From assembly GCA_045837725.1 (NCBI GenBank), contig JBEWZL010000175.1, positions 124,001 through 188,000 on the forward strand: a stretch of 64,000 nt of DNA, in the 5' to 3' direction. The notes beneath the pieces were generated by a model. The model saw nothing but the letters and a program-made list of their open reading frames with translations, was not told where the DNA came from and did not search any database. Made by a program: the position numbers and the translations under genes. Each line of letters starts with the position of its first letter. Position 1 is the stretch's first letter. This document shows positions 49,571 through 64,000 of the stretch, piece by piece. This stretch comes from Vermamoeba vermiformis (lineage: Eukaryota).

Positions 49571-51701
49571 ATGGAAAGTAATATTAATAATAAAGGGCAC
49601 AGATGGGCCTGTGAAGCCACTACAGGTACTAAATTTACAATATCCGATCAGATCCATTTTTAATTTCCTTTCGTCGTCCCAGAAAATTTGCATTAATAGT
49701 AAATATATTGTTACTAGCTAGAATATAGCATTGCGTGCGATGTGGATTATGTACTAGTCATTTTACAAATAACGAAATTAATAATATTTAATTTTTATTA
49801 GGATAGCCAGGGCTTTTTAGCAGTTCCAAAAGAAATACTGAAGCTCATCGTTATGCATATAAATAATTTCGATGCATTAATGCTCCGATCTTCATGCAAG
49901 GCTTTGTTCAACTCGCACTTGGAGCTGCATCCGTTTCCCAAACACTTCGTTCTCGATCAGAATGAATGCGCCGCTTACTTCATCAAGCTTGGCAGTATAT
50001 CGTGCTTGGAGTATTTGAAGTCGTTGAACTTCTTTTTCACGATAGATCTCGCAATCACCGCTGCTTCGAACAACCAACTTGAGGCCTTGAAATTTCTGCG
50101 AAATAACGGATGTCGATTGAACCAACAAGTGGCCGTTGAAGCAGCCCGCATTGGCAACCTAGAAATGCTCAAGTACTGTCTCGAGAACATCAGCAACAAG
50201 ATTGACATGAAGACCAACAAGGGCATGTCGTTGTGTTATGTTGCCGCTACTGCAGGACACGTGAACGTCTTAAAGTACTTGCACGAGAACGGATATGAAT
50301 GGGACCAGCATACGCCGTACATGGCCACGTGCTTCAATCATTTGGAATGTTTGAAATACGCTGTCGATGAAGGATGTCCTGTGACCGCTGTAACTCTTAC
50401 CAGTCTCGAAACGATGAAATTCATGAACGAGCGAGGACTCGATTGGAAGCCACATGCTTGTGAGAATGCAGTGCAAGCGAAGAACTTGGAGATGTTGAAG
50501 TACGCCCATGAAAACGGTGCGCCTTGGGGCGAAGCCGTACATTATGCAATTGCAAATGGAAGTTTAGACTGCTTGAAATACATTATAGAGAACGGCGCGC
50601 AAGTCCAACAAGCCTTCGAAAAAGTCGGATCTTTGGACGTGTTGAAATATCTTGTGGAACACGTACCTGGCGCTGGTTTATTGCCCGAAGTGTACAGAAT
50701 TGCAGTTGAAAACGCTCAAAAGGACATGTTAGAGTATTTACCAACGTTAATTGATTTGGCAAGACCAAATTCACTTGGCACTTTGGCTGCTGGATGTGGC
50801 GATCTGGAATTTTTGAAGTGGTGCATTGAAGAGCAGCATTATGATACTGATACTTGGACACACGAAGAAGGAGATACGGAAGATATTTTAGACGTCGCTC
50901 TTGGCAGTATGAACTTTGAAGTGCGTGAAATATGTCATCGAAAAAAATCTTGGACCGAGAGTGAAAAATCATTTTGAGCACGTTGAATATGGATTATCCT
51001 ATTATAGAACAAGTGATATTTGGGATTATATGTACAAAATAGAGAAGTTCGATATTGTTGAAACCATGATGAGAATTCCAATTCAAGCCGGAGTGATCGA
51101 AGTGCTCGAATGGATGAAACAACACGGCGCTAAATTCGACGAAAAGCATGTCGTTATTGCAATTCAATCGAGGAATGTATTGTCAATGGCTTGGTTGCTC
51201 AAGCAAGGTACGTTTGGTGTCAGAAAAATGGTCCGTTAATTTCTTACTAATTGCGATTGAATTTTCAACTACAGGCATCAAGTTCTCCATTGGTTGTGAA
51301 TACGGCAATACCCTTTGCTTTAAATATGCGCACGAGCACGGATGTAAGTCAAAAGTGTCAAAGTGTCAAAAAGTGACACGTGTCATTCGACATTTTTCAC
51401 GGTGCAATAACTTTCTTCAATAAAAAGATCCATGGTCACCTGATGCCGTCAATCAACTGGGCGATAACGTCGATCTGTTGCGTTACATGGTGCACTGTGG
51501 TCACGTGACACCAAGTCCTGAACTGTATCATAAAGCCAAGAGCAAAGGTCATGTAAACGTACTGGCGTATTTGGATGAGCTGGGAGGTAAGAAAATTCAG
51601 CTGAATTTAGTTTTGTTCAACAATAATCTGATTATTTGTGCCTAGTGAGCCCAACGTTGAAATCAACGATCAAAAATATCTTCAGCAAGTTCAGAAAATA
51701 A
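49571..51701 (+). CDS. F-box-like + divergent ankyrin-repeat protein (LKYAHENGxPW type); 1-bp indel near 50920
   Basis: FLAVPKEILKLIVMHI...LRSSCKAL (F-box-like) and repeated AA..G.LE.LKY..ENG..W units. Confidence 0.83.
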
Positions 51702-51889
51702 AGTAGCGAACCTCGCTTCTTAGATCTTTCTAAAGTTAAAAGTTAATATTTCAATTGGTAAATCAACTGACGCTCAAAAAAAGCAGAAATTACCCGTATT
51801 CGGCTCGGACGAGGTCGACCGCGTGCGACCACAAAATAAAATACAATACTTTATATTCTTCAATACAAAACAAGACTACAACACGTTTA

Positions 51890-54800
51890 TTACTCTATCG
51901 ACTCTAGAACTCGGATCAGTTTCGGTGCCAAGTTTTGTGCTCGTAAATACGTAATTAAAGTTGAAATAACTGATTTGTTCCAGTCCCTATAGCAACTGAA
52001 CGACACGTTAAAATCAGAAAATAGGTCGGATTGGCAAAAAAAATAATCACTTACGATTTGACGAGGTTTTGTATACTTTCCACAAAATCGTCTTCTTTGG
52101 CTGCTATGATTGGTCCATTTTTGGGATTGAGGAAGTATTCACTGAACGATTTATCCAATAATCGCGTTATTCCTTCCGTAGAAAATTGAACGTCGGATCG
52201 CAAAAACCCAAGCAGACGCCAACAAAGTACTATTGGAAAAGTATTATTAATAAATTTAATTATAAGAGTGCATTATTGAATATCCTTACTAATCTTATCA
52301 TCTGAAATATCATCACTCGTTGTCACGAGGTCAAATATTTTCGCGATCGGATCCAGATTTAATTGGTAATGACTCGGACACAATGCTAGAAGTGCAACTG
52401 ATAATAACAACGATCGTTAATTAATGAAGTATATATTAATAAATGACTTACCATTGAGTTTGAGCATTGAAGAATATGCCTTAGGAAGAATGAAGTTGCA
52501 GTACGCGATCATGACTTGTTCCGAGAACAGCAATTGCTTGTCTTTTTCGGGACAAATTTTTAACAATTGCCAGAATAATTTCTGAGAACGATTAATTTTT
52601 CATAAATTATTATGAACTAATGTATATTATTTTATCATTTCAATTAACATTGACTTACTGATATAATATAAATTTTGGATACCACAACATTCACGTCAGC
52701 ATGATGAATCAACGCTATCAAGACTGGTTGTACTTGTTCAATATTTAAGTGCTCCGTTGTATCAAAAATTTTGCAATAGAGCAATGTCAAGTCCATAAAA
52801 TCGTTCTTCGCTGCAATATTAAATTTTTAGCTACACTAGGTCATATATATAAATATTAGGCTTACAGTTAGTAAGGATATGCAAAGCACATCTGTTCAAA
52901 TCGTCATACAATGGCAACAAGTCCTCACGAGCAAAATTCAGTGCGGCAAATTCCAAAATAGTACATATCCTCTTTTTGGTTAATCTTTGCAGTTCTCTGT
53001 TTTCAATTTCACTTTCAAAGGCTTTGAACGCTGTTTCGATTATGAACGGAAGTAGCTGTAATAACTTCGATTTTATCACTTGTACCGATGATTGTGTGGC
53101 GTGAATAAAATCATGTGAAGTTATCAATCCTGCATTATAATCAGCCATTACTCGTGCATGCAAATTCTCAAAGTATTGCATCGACTTTTCATCATTGTTA
53201 TTTGTCCTGACGAGGTGCTTCAAAATTTCAACTCTGATCCTTGGCTCGTTGTCGATTTCAGTGAAAACCTGAAGGGTTTCACTGAAGTGCTATATCGACT
53301 GTCAGTCATACGTTAAGCAACTGTAATGTAATACTTAACATTATCGTATTCATTTGGTGCTTTCATACTGAGCTGCTTTACAACCCTAAGCGGGCCTTGA
53401 TTTATCTCAGCATCGCCAGGAATTATCAATTTTCGCACGAAGTCTATGACTATATCGTAGCCTAGTCTAGTCGTTGAAGCATCAAGCTCAGGATTGGAAT
53501 AGAACTTCGTTAAGAAATAGCAGATTGCTGCGTTAATGCTAGAATAGCGTTAAACTAAAGAAAATCTAATTGACTATAATAACTTACTCGATACTTTTGC
53601 CAACCGCAGAGGTTAATACTTCTACGACAGTTTCGATTTTGACGTGCTTCAAAGGGTCCTGTTGAAGTATAAGAACAATAATATTTTATGATACGATTTG
53701 TATTTTACCGAAACAAGGGTGAAAACTTCAGCATAATAGGACAAATAAAGAGGCCAGTCAGATTCAGTTGTATTGGACGGCAATGATGTAAAGTGTGATA
53801 TTAACCTGTATTTAGTTAAATTATTAATTATAATGCCCAACAATATAATAACACTATCTTACACCTCGATGTTTGTATTCAAAATAGTTTTCAGGTTTTC
53901 TCGCTTGTCGATGCGCGATGACGTAGCATAATTAAGAGCTCCAAGCATCAACATTGGCTCGTGCACTAACTTCGGTAATTCTCTTATGACTGTCTTCTTA
54001 TTGAACTCTGAAAGCAATGAAATTCAAATGTTATGCCATTGTCATATAATCTTAGAGTCGTTACCAAAGTAGAAAGCTATCGCAACATCAACAAAATATT
54101 GTTCAGTACCAAAAGAAGAGCGTTCATTTTTGATCCAATTCCGCTAAATTATTTCTCATTAACGATTCGTTAAGTCTATTTTTGCAAAGTAGACGTACGA
54201 TTTGAAGAATATTTAAGTGCTTGCATATTCTTAATGATGTTTCTAAGTGTTGTAGCGATAATTTTTTCAGCTCTCGTTGCACGTATTCATCGCCGTGTGG
54301 CACCAAAGTGAAGAAATTTTGAGTTAATGTCAAATGACTACTATCGATCCTCTTATCTCCTAGTGCCATATACGAGACTCTCTTGCCATAGTAATAACCG
54401 ACAATCCTATTAGATTTATTAATGTTTGAGTATCGTGAGAGAAACAGACTTACTTTCTCAGTGGAAACAAGTAGGCTCTTGGACTGGATCTTGCTGATTT
54501 TTTAACCTCTTTCATGCGAATAATTGATATTACGATGCAAAGGTGTAATCGATCGTAGCGAATATGCTGGCCTACGTATTCGTCAATTTCTAAGATCAAA
54601 AGTACCGCTTGACAGATCTGAAGGTCGTTCCACTTCTTTAGGTCTTGATTTATGTAATGATCTGCAACTTCCGTAGTCTTCTGCCAAGTATCATCCCAAT
54701 CTGGCCATACACTATGAAGCTCGCTTGCCAGGTACCTTTTGGATCATAAAGGTTAAAGACTTTCAATGCCCAACTAACAAACGTACTTGATTTTACAAAC

Positions 54801-55090
54801 TATTCTCCAATTAGTTGATTTTTCAGGAAGTCCTTTGTATCGTTTGAAGCAGTACTGGCGCCACATTTCGTTGTCACGAGAGACTTTTGTCCATAACTTG
54901 CAAACTCGTCCAAAGTAGCCTAAAAAATTCGAATAAGACTAATTTAATCTTCTTAACATTATCATGAAATTATTATTCGGGTTTATAAGATTTATTTGAA
55001 TTTTTGAAATAAATTACCAATTTCCTTCGGATGCGTATTTTCAAAAAGCACTATCAGGGCTTCAATAGGCAATTCTAAATAGTTCTCCAT
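51890..55090 (-). CDS. Multi-exon F-box protein with a long alpha-helical (ARM/HEAT-like) body
   Basis: MENYLELPIEALIVLFENTHPKEIGYFGRVCKLWTKVSRDNEMWRQYC (F-box). Leu-rich helical exons match ORFs 54124..54369, 53649..53843 and 52831..53223. The fold of the body is inferred. Confidence 0.78.
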
Positions 55091-55219
55091 GCTAACGGCA
55101 TAAATATTTGTTGTTCAATCGCTATGGTGGTCGGCAAAGATTCGCAGTAATAAAACTGAACCGGATTTAGAAACGGACAGTTGTGCACCTAAAACTTTTA
55201 TTATTTACAATTTACAAGG

Positions 55220-60040
<4,821 letters not shown>

Positions 60041-60734
60041 TTTCCCTTCTGTTTGAGCGGATCCACGGGCACTACAATAATATTCTACCTATAGATCTTG
60101 ATGTAGCTTCTTGTGGATGCCGCTACTATTTGAATTCAAATATATTTGGCAATAACGACAACCAAAAAGTGACTTTTTTTGGTGCGGAGCGGGCACGCGA
60201 GGAAACTTGTCTCTTTTCGGAGATCTCGCTATTTTTCAGATGTGGGATTGTCTACCGAACTTAACTAACCATAAATAAATAGTATTACAATATGTAGATA
60301 GATATTGTAGCAAAAGGGATTTAAAAACGAAATAAAAATAAAAAAATTAAAAACGATATTTAATTTGGAGATAAATAACCAACTCCGTGCCACTGCTATT
60401 CTTTACATATTGGCTTGAATGGAAATATTGAATTTAAAATATTACCTCATAGGAGGTTGATCGGATTTGAAATCCTCAGTTGGTTTACTGCAAGCTTCAC
60501 CACGAATTATATATTCCAATGAATTTGTTGAATTATTCATGCTTTTTGTTTGTCCAACTGTGGTTGTGGTAAACAAATTCGAACGTCAAATAATAAGTGG
60601 CTTACTAATCACGGCGCTTTAACAGACCGTTTGACAAAGTAAACAAGGAGGGTTCAAATTTGTATAAATTTTTAGTTTATAGGCGCAATTCATTAGTTAA
60701 TTCGTGCAGCTTGCTTCGGCTCTGACAGATCGGT

Positions 60735-63700
60735 TTACACACGACGTAGCTTCGTTAAATCCACTTTCGAAAGATTCAATGTACTTCGATTAATGTCAAA
60801 TAGATTCATGTTCTCCTCTTCTGGCTTCTCGTAGCGAGTTTCAATCAGCGGATCGACGTCGATCGGAGAAACTCCACGTTTGTTCTTTATCGTGACTGAC
60901 GCACCATGCTTCAAAAGCAGTCTTCGATGTCTATATTGGGCAATTGATAATGAAGCATTTTGAAGCAATTTCAATAAAGGTGTGTCGCCGTCATTATTTT
61001 GGTGGTCGATCTTCGCGCCTTTGGAGATCAGGTACTCCATGACTGCCGTAGTGTTCTTTTTTCCAACATAAATGCATGAAAGCATTGTATCTCCGTTCTT
61101 ATCCTGCATATTGACGTCAACACCAACTTTCTCGACCAAAAATTTGGTCAGCACTAAAATGCAAGTTGCTCTTTGGAAAAACACGTTAAATCCTGTCTTT
61201 TCGTAGAATTCCTGGATGTAATTTCGCACTTCGTTTGCAATAAACTCGATATTTTCTTCTGAAGCATAGTGAGCAAATGTTGCAATGACGCTTTCACCTG
61301 TAAAATTGACCGAGTTAGTCCGTCGAACATTTAAATAACTTGGTTTGATGCTCTAACATACGCTTGAGTGCTATTTTCAGATCTGCGACAAAAGTTTCGT
61401 GGCATATGTAATGTACGAATGATCTGCCGTAGACATCACGCGCTTTCAAATCGATAATGTTTGTGGCCAATAGGTCTTCAATCGTCGGTGTGTAGCCAAC
61501 AGCAGCCATCATAAGTGGAGTTCTATCCAATGGTCCTCGTTGATTGACGTCAGCTCCATTCTCTACAAGGCCTTTGACGACTTCTCGGCTGAAGTCCGCG
61601 AGTAAGCAAAAGTGCAACGGTGATTCACCAAGGTGGTTCTTTTGGTTGATATCCACGTATTTAATGAGGAACTTTGTCACTTCAGGCGCGTCCTTTCCTG
61701 CACCATAACCGCTGAGTAGAATGTGCATTAACGTATTGCCATCGTTGTCGACAAACTTTGGATCTGCACCGAGAGCGATAAGCAGTTTGAGTTCTGCCGG
61801 CAGTTTGCCAACATAAATTGCAATGGCTAACGGTGTCATTTGTCTGCCACGAGAATCATAATCAACCGTGTTGATATCAGCGCCGTATTCTATCAACTTG
61901 TTCAAGGTGTCGTTTTTGTCGTTAATAGCGACCTTTTTGCTGGCGTAAATGATTGGCAATGATTTCTTTCCTGATGACACGTTGACATCTGCACCATTTT
62001 GCAACAGAATTTGAACGTCTTTTTTGCGTTTGATTGCGTGCAATAGCGGTGTAAATCCAGTACTGTCTATGTGATTGATGTCTATTTTTGAAGCCATATA
62101 ATTCGTTAATGGGTCTTTATCCAATGTTATGATCGTTTCTATTAACGAGTGTCCATCGGAGTTTTCAGCGTGAAAATCTTCTCCCAATTCCTCGAAGAAA
62201 TATTTGATGATGTCCAGGGGGTCTGTGCCTCTACTAGTAAACATAGCCTGAAGCACTCTTATATGGAAAAAAATCGATGGCTCTCCTTTATCGCTTTGCA
62301 GGTGTTTCAGCTGCCCAAATCTCCCACTTCCTCTTGTGGCATGTTGGCTGAAAAACCTATTTAGTGCCGGGAGTTTTAGTTTTGCCGGCTGTAACTTTGC
62401 CCTGTGACGTCTAAATTCACAAAATGTGTGGTAATTATATGAATTGAACGCGTTCGTGGCTGGGTTGCATCCATTTTCGTCTTCATTAGTTAAATCTAGA
62501 TATGGCAATAAACGGTCAAGACCTTCTGTGGAGTCTTTGATATCAAAGGCGAGTGGGGTATCTGCACAATTCACTATTGTCATCATTGCTTCCGGATCTC
62601 CGATCATTTCAATGATGTCTGCTGTTCTTTTCGGGCTCTTTAAAAACAATTTTTCTACAGCGCTACGAACGTCTACAGTTGGCGGTAAGTGTTTCGAACA
62701 GTTCTTCAAGTAACTATCGATATCTTCGGAATCACATTGTGCGAGTAAGACAAACGTTTGCCAAAAATCTATAATGCCGTGTTGGTTCATTAAATTGACC
62801 GTGAACGCGGGTAAAGCACTATTCATTTTGATTTGTTCTTGTTCTAAGGCTGTCCATGTCACACATAACGGTGGAAAAATAAAGCAAGGCGCTCGCTGTC
62901 GTAGATCTGCTTCGTATTCTGCTGAAGTCACTCTAGCCTCTAATAGCTCGTAAACTTTGCCCACTAGCAGAGAGTTAATTAAATAAGTCAATGGTGTTCG
63001 TCCATATGAGGAGGTGTAGTGATGATAGCTGGTCGCTGACAGATCAAAAGAATACTGTTCATGATAGGGTCGAGGAAGGTGCTTGAAATTGGTTATAATT
63101 TTGAATTTCGCTTGCGTTGTGCTCTCATTATCCACGACTTTCTTAATTAAATACATCGTCTGGAGGTTCGGAAACAGATCTTCGAAAATGTTGGGTTGGA
63201 AAGCCGCATCTGGCGGAAGAACCACTTCTAGCTCTTTAACACTTGGAAACGCTCTTTTCTTGTCCATCTTAAATTTATCTGCTTGGAATGTTGACCCCAA
63301 TTTCAATCGCGTGACGTTTGGGAATAAGCGCAGAAATGACAGATGATCTGCCAGGATCGACAAAGTTGAGACTTGTAAAAATAGTGGCAATTCTTTAGTT
63401 GATTGTTTGCTAGGGCCTTCATTAGTAGGGCATTCTTCTTCGCGGAAATCGATGTTGAGAAGAGGCGGAATTTCAGAAACAAAAACCACCGTGCGCAACT
63501 TGTTGGATGCGTTGATAACTTGATTTAAGACAGCCATATTACTTCCCATCTCTGATATAATTATTGTGTCCACATTGTATGTTGATAGAGTCTTCACGCT
63601 TCGTTTTCCGACAAACGCATCTTTCAACGAAACTACAATTTGCTTAGAAGCTGTCGATTGCACCGCCGCTTTACGCCAAAATTTGCAAACAAATATAAAC

Positions 63701-63774
63701 GATTTTATCCACGTTTCAAAATCGAAATATTTGAAGATCTGGTTTGCTATGATTTCAAGCGGTAGACTGTCCAT
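60735..63774 (-). CDS. F-box + LRR-like + ankyrin-repeat protein
   Basis: MDSLPLEIIANQIFKYFDFETWIKSFIFVCKFW (F-box) and ankyrin motifs GFTPLLHA, GNTLMH, GESPLH, RTPLMMA, GDTPLL. One short intron near 61299-61340 joins the two ORFs. Confidence 0.9.
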
Positions 63775-64000
63775 CTTAGATTCCCTGTCCTGCGATGTAA
63801 TTAGATTGATATAATGCCGTACTAGCTAGATCAGTTTATTTTTAAAATTACCCTTAGGTTGTCTTCTTGTCTGTTGTGGAAAGCGAAATATGAATTTTGT
63901 GGATCACAAAAGTTGTATCCTCGGCTAGAAGAGGCAGCTAAGGTATGGTTCGCATAAAATACTTGGGGTGGTGTTTATATAGTACAATAAATTAAAACAA

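Noticed and set aside
1142-50930. Programmed frameshifting or mass pseudogenisation (breaks near 1220, 6963, 31000, 31157, 41380, 41510, 50920)
   Set aside because: Those I could resolve are single-base indels, mostly in short homopolymers, in otherwise intact genes including a probably highly expressed one. This is typical long-read consensus error, with no consistent slippery site.

Overview
Gene-dense, AT-rich eukaryotic nuclear DNA with short GT-AG introns (CTAAY/CTGAC branch points) and standard stop codons. The gene content suggests a free-living amoeboid protist (inference; species not determinable). About 23 genes are visible and about 13 are F-box-type adaptors: five F-box/LRR copies, two F-box/LRR/ankyrin tandem paralogues, three F-box/ankyrin-like paralogues and three singletons. 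The other genes are a LIM protein, an RluA pseudouridine synthase, a KICSTOR subunit-2 (C12orf66) homologue, a TPR protein, a secreted kelch-EGF protein, an ERI1-type exonuclease-qRRM fusion, a secreted C1q-like protein, two ABCC transporters and a micro-gene. Main observations: (1) one F-box paralogue carries an in-frame, intron-containing, non-catalytic fragment of DNA topoisomerase IB that its two sister genes lack, which looks like an integrated bait or decoy domain; (2) two other F-box genes carry nucleoporin-like FxFG inserts; (3) the perfect palindrome TGACACGTGTCA occurs six times, always in introns; (4) several + strand patches have selectively lost T. These resemble pre-edited cryptogenes but are most likely long-read consensus artefacts, as are the scattered 1-bp frameshifts. 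All homology calls are from motif recognition, not database searches.
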